From Ginglymostoma cirratum (lineage: Eukaryota): 64,000 bases of DNA. Location: NCBI GenBank assembly GCA_024137785.1, contig JAHRHZ010000144.1, positions 19,650,317-19,714,316 of the forward strand, written 5' to 3'. The notes beneath the pieces were generated by a model, which searched no databases, was not told the DNA's origin, and saw nothing but the letters and a program-made list of their open reading frames with translations. The position numbers were made by a program, and so were the translations under genes. Positions 1 to 12,400 of the stretch are shown here, piece by piece (position 1 is the first letter of the stretch; every line of letters begins with the position of its first letter).

Positions 1-488
1 AGAACAGTTTAGAGCGACAGCGCAAGAAAGCACATTAGGTCTCATGGTGTGAAACCTTGCGTGAAACTTGACAAAAATTACACTTAGCCGATTTCTGGTT
101 AAATTCAGCCCATGTTTCCATGGTGAGTGATCGAAGGCTCTAGTTAGCTGGGGCATGATTCATATTCAAGCCTATTAGGGCTGTGAAATGGATTTTTTAT
201 TTTAGCAGTTCACTAGTGATGATCGCTGCAGAGTACTATTACAGACTCCAGGTTATTAATCTTAGAATTTTTTCAAGGGACTGGTGACAGATTAAATGTC
301 CTATGAGAGTATTCATTCTATTCAGGTTCATTTTCCTTTGTCATTATTTCTGATTCTAAATGTTAATTATTAGGTTTCTGACTGAAGTTTATGTTCAATA
401 ATGGGCTTATTTTCTGCAGGTTTTTGGAGAGATCAAAAACTACTGTGGAAACCAATACCATGTACAAATTAACAGCAGAAAGTGAATT

Positions 489-803
489 GGAATCACAGGA
501 TGCCTACAGGGCAGAAAGAGGTCATTTGGCCCATACCAAACTTCCGAAGAGCATTCTACTCAGACCCGCACCAACCCCATCCCCATAACCTTGCATTTCC
601 CATGGCTAATCCACCAAGCCTGCACACTATGGACATTTTAGCACTGTCAATCCACCTAATCTGCACATTGTTGGACTGCGGGAGGAAACCCATGCAGACG
701 TGGGGAGAACATGCAAACTTCGTACAGTCACCCAAGGCTGGAATCGAACCCAGGTCCCTGGTGATGTGAGGTAGCAGTGCTAACCACTGCAGTACTGTAC
801 CAC
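489..803 (-). mobile_element. HE1-type (V-SINE) tRNA-derived SINE
   Basis: Reverse complement gives tRNA-like A/B boxes (gcagtggttagcactgct...gggttcgattcc), the central tctccccacgtctgcatgggtttcct domain and a CR1-like tail. Confidence 0.88.
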
Positions 804-1431
804 ACAATTTGCTCTTGGGCATGCCATAATTGATCTACTTTGGAATAAAGGTCAAACTTCAGATCAAAGCAAATACATACCTATGAAGAAAAGAACGTTT
901 TTTGTTTGAGGAATGAATGAAAAAGAATTGGAGAAAGCCTTGATTGTATTGGGGGTTTTGGAGGGTTGTTAAAACTATTGAATAGATAGTAGATGTTGTT
1001 GGATAGTTGATCACTGGATGACAAAAACAATTTGATTATTTGCAATGCTAATATCAGCTAATTTAGGTCATTTGAAATTTCCTTTTAACTTGGAATACAT
1101 CTTTATTTCTTAGGTACAGGTAATGAAGTACTTAATTTCAGTTTTGATTTAAAGACGGCAAACAAGGATTAGATTAGAAACTGAAACGTTTAACTTCTTT
1201 CTGTTATTTTGTGAAATGGTTATATTTCCTCTCCTTTTGGTTATTGCAGACATCATTCACTTTTTTGTTGCAGGAAGCATGTCGATTACTTGCTGTTTGG
1301 AGTCATTGCTTTGCATTTCAATTCATTAGGGTTTCATGCAAAAGGTCCAAAATTACAATAAGTAAACATTGACGAGGGATGCAGATCTTAAGATGAATTT
1401 ATTGTAATTTTGTCAATAACTGGACATGCAT

Positions 1432-1762
1432 TTTTTTCTTCGTTCATGGGATGTGTGTATCAATTGCTCAAGCAGCATGTCTTGCTTATTTCTAATTGCC
1501 CAGAGGGTAATAAGAGTCAACCTTGTTACTATAGGTCTGGAGTCACTTGTAGTCAAGACCAGATAAGGATGACAGATTTTCTTCAGTAAATATATCAGTA
1601 AACCAGATAGGTTTTAACAATAGTTACCATTCGGTCAGCATTTTCCCTCCCAGATTCTTTATTGATATCAAATTTCACTATCTGCTGTGGTGGGATTTGA
1701 ACCTACATCCCCTTAACGTTGCCTGACAGTTTTTAGTCTAATAACATGAACATTCATACCAT
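1432..1762 (-). mobile_element. tRNA-head SINE, second family (ends atcccatgaa tail)
   Basis: Shares the ggtctggagtcac..gtaggccagacc/aagagtcaacc core with copies at 7046, 27255, 40765 and 62080. Confidence 0.7.
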
Positions 1763-2271
1763 TGATTTTTTTATCTGCAGCAATAGTTTTGGCTGTGAAT
1801 TCAACATCTGTGCTATGTTTTCAGTTGAGAGTATTGATTTATTATTTTAACCTCTCACTTCTTTTTCACACAGCACAATATATCCTAAATGATTTCAGCC
1901 TGCTTCAATTCCGTTGTAAAATTGTGACAAGACAGAAAGGTACTCAGACACGTAAGCAAAACTGCAAAATGAAAGGGCAGAATAACATTATCCACTGTAA
2001 AAGCACAGGCACCAACGTAACACTATTAAATTAGAATGAAGCAAATGGTATGAGTAAGGGAGCAACTTTTTTAAAGAAAAATTGAATTGGAGGTGTCAAT
2101 CCATTCATTGTGTTGTTTATCTGCATGAGGGCTACAAATCGCCACAAAATCAATTTGGCCAAATTTTTACTGATGTACTGTAAATTAAGCTTTTCTGATG
2201 CCCCATGGAACCGAACATGTTAGAATTTCGTGAGTCTGCATATCCATTGAAAAACACCAGAGCAAATTCAA

Positions 2272-2890
2272 TATAGAATATACGAACATAGGAACAGAAG
2301 TAGGCCATTCAGTCCCTCAAGCCTGTTCCACCATTCAATGAGATCATGGCTGATCTATGGCCTAGCTCAATATACCTGCCTTTGGCCCATATCCCTTAAT
2401 ACCTTTGCTTAACAAAAGTGTACCTGTCTCAGGGTTAAAATTAACAACTGATCCAGACATCCACTGCCTTTTGTGGAAGAGAGGTCCAAACATCTACTTC
2501 CTTTTGTGTGTAGAAGTGCTTCCTAACATTTCTCCTGAATGGTCTGGGCCCAATTTTCAGGCTGTAACCCCTAGTTCTAGAATCCCTAAACAGTGAAAAT
2601 AGTTTATCTTGTCTTTACCCTGTGTTTTCCTGTTAATACCTCAAAGACTTTGATCAGATCATCCTATAACCTTCTATATTCTAGAGACAGCAGGCCTAAT
2701 TTGTATAATCTCTCCTCACACCTTAACCCCTGAAGCCCAAGTATCATTCTTTGAACATACATTGCACTCGCTCCAACGCCAATTTATTGTTCCTAAAGTG
2801 TGGTGCCCAGATCTGTTCAAGTACTCCATGTGGGATCTCAGCAGGGTTTTGAATAGCTGCAGCATAACTTCGCATTATTTTACTCCAGTC
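2272..2890 (-). mobile_element. CR1 LINE 3' fragment
   Basis: gaacataggaacagaagtaggccattcag tail plus decayed ORF2 C-terminus on minus. Confidence 0.8.
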
Positions 2891-3289
2891 AGCGATGTCC
2901 AAAACCCATGAATGAATAAAAAAAATCCAGATTGAAACGAAACTTACAGTTTCACATGTTATTTATTAATGTCTTTTATTGGATGTTCAAGAACCGGCAG
3001 CTTTGACCATGGTGACAACAGCATTTGTGGCAACAAAAAGGATGCTTTTAATTCATTAACTTTGCCAAGCGAGCATCACATTTCCCAAATGGGAGTCACA
3101 ACAGGCTCAAGGTCAAAAGCACCAAAAGACAACTGGTATCTTCTACCCTGTGGATGATCTGACTGCAATTCTAGCAGTAATGTTCACTGAATAAATAACA
3201 CCTGAAATGCCATCTAATGGACCCTCCGGCTCAGACACAGACTGAGGGCGTTTCGTATGATCATGCTCTTCCATTATTCTAACAACCAG

Positions 3290-3600
3290 TTTCCCACTTC
3301 CCACACAACATAACCTTGAACTCAACTGTCACTCTGCTGTCCATAATCATAGCCCACACCCAAGGCAGTTCATCCATCACTCTGTGTTAACTAACTTATA
3401 CTGTCTTTTGGATCAGCACCACCTCCATGTTAAAATTCTCACCCTGCTTTTCAAACTTCTACTTTGCCTCACCGTATCCACTTTCTGTAATTCTACAGAC
3501 ACCCAATCTTCCGAGGTCACTTCATTTTCTAATTATCTGACATGTTGCACATCTCTGATTTCTTTTTCTTTTCATCCCATCAGTCACCTTTGAACTAACT
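3290..3600 (+). mobile_element. Old L2-like LINE 3' fragment
   Basis: Decayed frame VLTNLYCL...HVKILTLLFK resembles the L2 ORF2 C-terminus. Confidence 0.5.
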
Positions 3601-3944
3601 CCACCAAAAAGAAAAGTGTTTTGTGCTCGTTGGTTTCACGGCTAGTTATTAATATTACATATATTAGAAATAATCAGCCCTTACATACACATTTATCTCT
3701 CTCCCAAACCAGAATACCTGCTAAAGCAATCTCATCACTGAGTTGTTGCAAGATAATCCAACTGGCTGAGATGAGTCAATGGACCAGATAGTTCCAATAG
3801 TTCATACCATTCCAACAGGCATTATTTGGAATAACTTTGTTAGCTAAAATCTGTGTCTATTGGTTTCTGTGCAGTTAGGGGAATCCAGGTTTTAAAATGT
3901 GTCTATTAAATCATAAGATAAAATATCACAGCATTATATCACTC

Positions 3945-4290
3945 AGTATCTAGGACTCAGTGTTCCTGGTACCCATGAAGATAACCGAATTCCCAGTGCT
4001 TGTAGAGGTTACTGTATTCCCAGTATCAATGTACCCTAAGTGGTTGTGGAGATCACTGTAATACCTATACCTGTGAAGATCACCATGCGCCTGATATCCG
4101 TGAACATCAGTGTGCTCCTAGTGTTCAGATTGCTGTATTCTCAAAATATACGGAGATGACTGTGTTCTTGGGGCCCATGGAGATCACTGTCATCCCTGTG
4201 CCCACCAGAATGATCATGGTCTCAGTGCTGTGAAGATTACCGTTAGCCCAGTGCTCATGAGGTACATTGTATTTCATTGCCAATGGAGAC
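3945..4290. repeat. Degenerate ~27-bp tandem repeat
   Basis: Consecutive units gtggagatcactgtaatacctatacct / gtgaagatcaccatgcgcctgatatcc / gtgaacatcagtgtgctcctagtgttc. Confidence 0.7.
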
Positions 4291-4856
4291 TGCCTATGAA
4301 AAATGTGCAAAATGACAATTCCACTTCTTTGCAAAAACAAAAACTAGCATGCAGAATTGATCCTTATTTATTAGGCTACTTTGAATTTCAGCCTAGGCAG
4401 AGAAGCGAATTCTGAAGATTGTTTAAAACTGTAAGCTGGTATTACTCATTGACTTGTAAAGTAATTAAGGCAACATTCATACGAAGAAACGCTTTGGAAT
4501 ACTATAATTGAAAGACCCAATAGATTTTAAATCTGCAAAATTAAATAGAATTCCCAGAGCAGCCTGAATCCAGGTAATTAACTGATAGAAATCAGTTCCA
4601 AAACCATTGAGTTTGTGAATATAGCTGAGGGATCGTTGTATCTCAAAAGACCTGAAGTTTGCAATGTCACAAAGAAAAGATAAGAATCGCAAAGACAAAG
4701 TTTTTATTGGGACAAATGTTTCTGTGGTATCCTTTAGGTTTGAAAATACCAATTCATGTTTGGGACAGTGTTAAGCAATATGAAAATTAAATGTGTGACA
4801 ACTTGTGTTGGGGTTGTGAGGCATCCAAAAAAGTCAGCAACTCAAATATGTTCCAT

Positions 4857-5088
4857 AAAAACTGAAAGAACTGCGGATGCTGTGAATCAGGAACAAAAAC
4901 ACAGTTGCTGGTAAAGCCCAATGGGTCTGGCAGCATCTGTGAAGGAAAAAACAGAGTTAACATTTCGGGTCCAGCAACCCTTCCTCAGAACTGAGGAAGG
5001 GTCGCCGGACCCCAAACGCTAACTCTGTTTTTTCCCTTCACAGATGCTGCCAGACCAGCTGGGCTTTTCCAGCAACTGTGTTTTTGTT
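4857..5088. mobile_element. Palindromic Penelope-derived mini-element (two head-to-head terminal repeats)
   Basis: ~95-bp inverted arms centred near 4990; exact 14-bp TSD caaatatgttccat at 4843-4856 and 5089-5102. Confidence 0.9.
4955..4992 (-). ncRNA. Minimal type I hammerhead ribozyme motif (PLE type)
   Basis: Minus strand AGUU-CUGAGGA-A-GGGUU-GCUG-GACCC-GAAAUGUU-AACU: stem I, core boxes and stem II present; one CpG-type change in ACGU. Confidence 0.7.
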
Positions 5089-5509
5089 CAAATATGTTCC
5101 ATTTGATCAAAAATGATGTGAACTGGACTCACGATCCGTTGTATTTGCAGTGTTGTTTGCTTTCACATTTAACAGGATATGTACCTGTTGACACAAAAGT
5201 AAAATTACCTTCAGTAACATAAGAATTGGACGTGGATAACCTGGATTTAAAAGACTTTTATTCCAGCTCCTGGTATCTACATATTACACTGTCACATCTG
5301 GACTAGTACCGAGCAATTCGGTTACGGGCCGTTATACATTATTTTCTCAGCATGTCATGCTGCAAGTGACCCCAGCAAGATGGAGACTAAGACCTTTATA
5401 TCATCAGATCACGTGTTGCACAGTGGTGATAACATGAGCCTGTCTCTCCAAAGTATATTGCATTGCCAACTGTGAGACATAGTGCAATAAAACGTGGTTC
5501 TACTTATTT

Positions 5510-6400
5510 AGTCATAGAATTGTACAGCACAGAAACAGACCTTTCAGTCCAACACATCTATGCTGACCAGATATCCTAAATTAATCTAGCCCCGTTTGCT
5601 AGCATTTGACCCATATCCCTTCTAAACACTTCTTATGCACGTACCCATCTAGATGCCTTTTAAAAGTTGTAATTGTACTAACCTCCACCATTTCATCTGA
5701 CAGCTCATTCCATCCATGCACCACCCTCTGCATGAAAATGTTGCCCCTTAGGTCCTTTTTTTAAATCTTTCCCTTCTCACCTTAATACTATGCCCTTCAA
5801 TTTTGGAATCCCCTACCCTGGGAAAAAGACCTTAGCAATTCACCCTATCCATGCCTCTCTTGATTTTATAAATCTCTATAAGGTCACTCCTCAGCTTCTG
5901 ATACTCCAAGGAAAATAGCCCCAGCCTACTCAGTCTCTCCCTATAGCTCATACTCTTTAAACAAAACAACATCGTTGTAGCTCTTTTATGCACCCTTTCA
6001 AGTTTAACAACACCTTTCCTACAGCAGGGAGACCAGAAAAGAATATAGTATTCCAAAAGTGACCTAAACAATGTCTTCTTCAGCCACAACATGACACTCA
6101 AACTCCTATACTCAATGTGCTGACCGATAAAGGTAAGCGTATCAAACACCTTCATCAACACCCTATGTACGTGCGCCACCAACTTCAAGGAACTATGAGA
6201 CTGCACCCCAAGATTTCTTTCTTCAGCAACACTCCCCAGGACCCTGCCATTAAGTGTATAAGTCCTGCTGTACCACAATGAAACACATCTCATTTATGTA
6301 AACTCCATCTACCATACATTGGCCCATCAGCCCATCTGATCAAGGTCCTGTTTTACTCTGAGATAACCTTCTTCACTGTCCACTACATCACCAAGTTTAT
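5510..6400 (-). mobile_element. CR1 (HER1-like) LINE 3' fragment
   Basis: ORF 5832-6293 contains LFRSLLEYYILFWSP...LERV...RERLSRLGLFSLE...LRSDLIEIYKI (CR1 ORF2 C-terminus); gtcatagaa tail. Confidence 0.93.
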
Positions 6401-6794
6401 TGCTTTACATATCAAAAGGTAAAAGTACAGGTAACTGGTTATTCATTGAAGATTATACGGGTGCATAGAAAACTTTTACACAGGGTTTCACAAAGATTCA
6501 CAATTTTGTTCAATGGCTCAATGTGTAAGTGTGCCACAAAATTGGGAGATATGAATTTTAAAAGTCTCAGCTTGGACCCTAGGATTTGATTGCATTTGCT
6601 GATCTCACAGTAAATACTGTGAAGTTGGTATTCTTGCTCAGGTTAAAAAAAGGTAGGCACTCCTAGTCACTGCACAGTATGACAATCCTTGTTTAATTGC
6701 AATGCCTACCACAATCAAAATGATTAGATGCTTTGGAAATATTCCAATATCCCACGTTGCTGGGTGCATCAAACCATATCCTGATGATAATCAG

Positions 6795-7495
6795 GGGCAG
6801 ACAGTGGCTCAATGGTATTGTCACAGTGATGTGGTAGTAATGTCACCAGACTAGTGATCCTGTGGCTGAGGTCACTGCTTTGTGAATATAACTTAAAATC
6901 CAACATTATTCTTTGGTGGAGTTTAAATTCAATTAATGAAATCTGCTATTGAAAGCCAATCTCAGCAACAATAACTATAGAAATAACATCAATTGTTGTA
7001 AAAAACTCAAAAGGTTCATTAATGTCTTTTAGGGAGGGAAATCCTTTATTCATTCATGGGATGAGGGTGTCACTGGCTAGGCAACATTTATTGCCCATCC
7101 CTAATTGCCCAGAGGGCAGTTAAGAGTCAACCACATTGTGTGGGTCTGGAGTCACATGTAGGCCAGACCAGGTAAGAATGGCAGTTTCCTTCCCTAAAGG
7201 ACATTAGTGATCCAACCTGATGGGTTTTTCCCAACAATCAGCAATGGAATTACGGTCATCATTAGATTCTTAATACCAGCTATTTATTGGATTCAAATTC
7301 CACCATCTACCGTGGTGGGATTCAAACCTGGATTCCCAGAATGTTGTCTAGATCCCTACCTGATCTAGCCTACATGTGACTCCAGATACAGAGCACTGTG
7401 GTAGATTCTTAACTACTAACTGGCCACACAAGCCATTGACTTCAAGGGCATTTGTGGACAGGCAACAAATATTGACTTGTCAATGAAACCATATA
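6795..7495. mobile_element. Nested tRNA-head SINEs (plus copy interrupted by a minus copy at ~7046-7355)
   Basis: Plus copy stops at agggaaatcc and resumes at cctacctgatctagcctacatgtgactccaga after an inverted copy. Confidence 0.72.
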
Positions 7496-9457
7496 ACATT
7501 TTTTAAAAATTCACTGCCATCAAGACAGAGGGGGATATAGGTCACTGTTACAGGTAAAATCAATAATTATTTACCCATTATGTAATTATTACATAATTTA
7601 TTTTATGTTATGTAACCATAATTTAATAGCTGCAAGTACAAACTTTACTGATAAATGAATGTGTCTGGTAAATGGAGTTGATTGCAAAACAGAGAAATGA
7701 TGGGAAATTGGTGAGAGTGGGAATTTGATGCAGAAAATTTGGGATTGAGGTGCTAAATCAATACAAATGGGCAACAGTGAGTAGGTAAAGATGTTGATAC
7801 AATCAAGTGGTAGACATCGAAATATGACTACCTATTTTGAAGGAATAAAGGCCATGTTAAGGAATAAGGACTAAACAGATGACATGGATTCAAGAACTTA
7901 ATTTAAAAGATTCTTCTCAGCAAAATCTACAGCACGCTGCATTCTTCTAAAGACAAAGATAACAAGGCATAATATCATCAACTCTCGATATAATATTGTT
8001 GATAAAGGTTACACTGACCTTAAAGCCACTGTCCTGGGTATCCTTGTGATGACAACGGGCATTAGGGTGCAATGTTATGCTATTTCAGATATGTGAAACC
8101 ACACTCTGCTGAAGGAACACTGGAACCAAGTTTTATCATTGTACTAGATGCAGTATCTTGACCAAACAGATTGACCAACATGACTTTTATTCAGAGCTAG
8201 TTTTCAAGATTAACTTTAAAAAAACATTATTTGAGCATTTACGTTGGGGAGACCCTCCTACCTAACATGGGATAATGACTAGGGATGGTTGCTTATTGAA
8301 CAAATAACCATCTTTCACATCACCTTTTAATTATACAAGATCAAAGAATTCATTATAAATATTTCAACATCAACTTGATTAATTAGGAAACATCAATGGT
8401 ATTGGTCAGCTTCATTTAAGATTCATTATGAAAGTTAACAGGTCTCACACTCAGGTTTCAATTTATTATTTCTCAGATATTTGATGGATAACCTTGCTTT
8501 CTTTTAAAGTCTTGAATTTGAATTAAGTACAAGTTGAAATTTGAGTGCTTTTGCAGAAATAAAAAATAGTAATTTTTATTTTTGGCACATTATTTAGCTT
8601 TTTGGAACCTATACATTTTGTATAACCAACAAAACTGCATGCTTTTTAACTTGAAATTTGAATTGTCTCATCTAATCTTCTCTTTTAAACGCTCAGCGAA
8701 CCAAATGATTGTTCCTATGCTGTGCGAATGTTCTCTGAGGAATTCCTCTCACATCCTTATATATCCTGGAAAATTACAATTTAACTAACAAAACAATTGC
8801 ATAATAGATTATTGGAAGAAGACAATATTGTTGACTGTTTTTGTTTTCTTTTGCTAGGCGTTTAATTGGAATTCCACACCAGGTTATATGCCCTAGAATC
8901 TAGCTCCCTCTGGCAGAAGTCAACGGAAATTAGTTGAGAGGTACTCCTGGTCAAAATGGCTCAAATTGAAGAGTTACAATTATAAAACAAACATCACAGC
9001 CACAGACACACACTAGTGTATAATGTTCCTGGAACATAACAATAGTTCAGCAATTCAGTGCCAACACAAACAGGAAGGGAAACAACAGATATTATGAAGC
9101 AAGTAGAGCTGTTGAACAGGCACTAGGTACTATAACAGTTTAAATTCATGTGGTAGCTTTCAAGTTACTGGTGCTGAGTTGCTCGTGGAAGACAGTTGTT
9201 TTTTGCTGACCGCAGGAATGCAGAAAATAACACTAACATATAGATATGGGGATAGTAAATGTTACAACCTCGCAGGACACCAGTCTCACTTGTACTGTGT
9301 CTTCAATGAATTAGCTACAAAATGGGTGCCTGCAGTAAGTCTGTCAGGGTAGAGGTCAGATGACTAAAAGGCATATTTGTACAGCATTACAATTCTATCT
9401 ACCTTTAACACAAGAAATCTGTATGCATTAACATTTGCATTGCAAATAAACCAAGTA

Positions 9458-12400
9458 TAGAGTCAAAAAAATCGTAGCGTTGTAAAGCACAGAAACAGAC
9501 CCTTCGTTCCAACTCTTCCATACCAACCAGTCATCCTAAATTAATCTAGTCCCATTTGTGAAAATTTGGCCCACATCCCTCTAAACCCTTCCTATTCATG
9601 TACACATCCAGATGCCTTTTAAATGTTGTAATTGTATCAACCTCCACCACTTCTTCCGGCAGCTCATTCCATACACACACTATCCTCTATGTGAAAAAGT
9701 TGCCCCTTAGGTCCCTTTCATATCTTTCCCCTCTCAACATAAACATGTGCCCTCGAGTTTTGGACTCCCTTACTCTGGGAAAAAGACCTTGGCTATTTAC
9801 CCTATCCATGTCCTTCATGATTTTATAAACCTCTATAAGGCTACTCCGCAACCTTCGACACCCCAGAGAAAATAGCCCCAGCCTATTCAGCCTCTCAAAC
9901 CTTCCAACCCTGGCAACAACCTTATCACTCTTTCCTGCACCCTTTAAAATTTAACAACATCTTTCCTATAGCAGGAGACAAAAATTGAACACAGTATTCT
10001 TAACCATTGCCCTGTACAGCTGCAACAGAACATCCCAACTTCCATACTCAATGCTCAGACCAATAAAGGCAAATGTACTAAAAGCCTTCTTCAGTGCCCA
10101 GTCTACTTGTGACTCCACCTTCAAGGAACTATGTACCTACGCCTTAAGGCTTCTTTGTATCCAAATGACTAGCTCTCCCTGAATTGCATGTGATCTAACC
10201 TTGCTAAGCAGTCTACCAAGCAGAACATTGTTGAATGCCTAGCTGCAGTCCATGTAGACAGTGTCCACTGCTCTGCCTTCATAAATCTTCTTTGTTGCTT
10301 CTTCAAAAAACTCAATTAAGTTAGTGAGACACAATTTCCAATGCAAAAATACATGTTGACTATCCATAATCAGTCCTTGCCTTTCCAAATGCAAGTAGAT
10401 CCTATCCCTTAGAATCTCCTCCAACAACTTTTCTACCACTGGCATCAGGCTCATCAGTTCTATAGTGTTATGGATTAGACCAAATCCCCTCAAAATATTC
10501 AGATGACAGCCTCAACCCTAACTTTTTCTTGTTTCAAAGATAAAAGTAAGGTGTTGCATTCCAGGTGCAATTTGATTGGTTAAACTACTGGACTTAAAGA
10601 AAACACACTTTATTCATCCACTACAATAAAATACAACAAAAGAAAGAAGGAATTGGAATAACCTGACTCTATTGGAAAACTTAACAGAATAATAGATACA
10701 GTAACTCCTACTAATTAACTATCCCAACAAAGTAACATACCATAAACACAGCCTTGACAAAACGCAAATTCAGAAAATAGATTGTCTCACGTGCAACTCC
10801 AGTAGTAGGAAGATAATCCCCAGCTTTTGGCTGTAACAAAGAGGGAATAATAGCTTCCACTTCTTTAAGACATCAAGCAATTGCTGAAAGCTGAGCTAAA
10901 AATCCTGATTCCATGGAGCTTTACCACACCCATTCAGGCTCCTTGTATTGTCCTAACTTTAAAAAAAAATCAGGCCTCACAAGCTGTTTACTCCAGTCAT
11001 CTTGTAGACTGCTCTTCATACCTGTCTTCAAACAAACCTGGACAAGTTAACATCTTAAAAGTCATAGTATTGTCACAATAGCTCCCTGGTTTTTCCTGAG
11101 CATCTTTCTTAATTAAAGCACCACATTAGCCACCTCCAGCCTTCAGGCACCTCACCCATGGCTATCAATTGCACAAATTTCCCAATAACGGACACAGGAA
11201 TCATTTCCTCAGCTTCCCACACAGTTCTGGGATATACCTGATCCGGTCCTCAGGATTTAATATGGACACTTTTCAAGATATCACTTTTTATTTCTTCAAG
11301 TTCTCTAGTTTCCATATCCTTGTCCACTGTGAATACTGACGCGAAATATTCATTTAGTATCTCACCCATCTCATGCAGCTCCACACGTAGATGACCTTGT
11401 TGATCTTTAAGGGGCCCTGTTCTCTCCCTAGTTACTCTTTTGCCCTTCATGTATTCATAGAATCTCTTTGAATTCTCTAAGCCTATTTGCCAAAGCTGTA
11501 TCATGTCCCTTTTTTGCCCTCCAGATTTCCCTCTTCGGTCTACTCCTACTGCCTTTATATTTCTCAAAGGTTTCATTCAGTTCCAGCTGTCTATACCTGC
11601 CATATGCTCCTCCATCTTTTTTTGACCAGAGCCTCAATTTCTTTAGTCATCCAGCATTCCCTACATTTACCTGCATTGCCCTTCACACTAATTGGAACAT
11701 TTTGTCTCTGAACTCTTGTTTTCTCATTTTGAAAGCCTCTCATTTTCCACCCAGCCCCTTAACTGCAAATAGCCTCTCCCAATTAGCTTGTAAATGTTCT
11801 TGCCTAATATCATTGAAATTGACCTCACTCCTTTTCCATAACTGAATAAGAAAATTTCCTTGTACACACTTAATAAATACATCTCCATCCAACCTCTTAA
11901 CACTATGGAAGTCCCAGTCTATATTTGGAAAAGTAAAATCCCCTACCATAAATACCCTATTATTCTTACAAACATCTGAGATCTCCTTACAAATTTGCTT
12001 CTCAATTTCCCATTGACTATTGGGGGCCTATAGTGCAATCCCAATAAGCTGATCATCTCTTTCTTATTTCACAATTCCACCCAAATAGCTTCACTGGGTG
12101 TACGCCCAGGAATATCTTCCAAATATAGCCGTAATGTTATCCCTAACCAAAAACGTCAGTCCCCCCCTCTCTTGCCCCCCTTTTCTATTGTGCCTATAGC
12201 ATCAATATCCTGGAAATTTAAGCTCCCAGTCCTGCCCTTCCCTGAGTCACGTTCCAGTAATAGTTATGATATTCCAGTCTCACGTTCCAAATTGTGCCCT
12301 GGGTTCAACTGTCTTTCCTGTCAGGCAGCTTGCTTTGAAATAAATGCAGTTTAATTTATCAGTCTTACCTCATTCTCGGCCTCGCTCCTACTTGCCTTGA

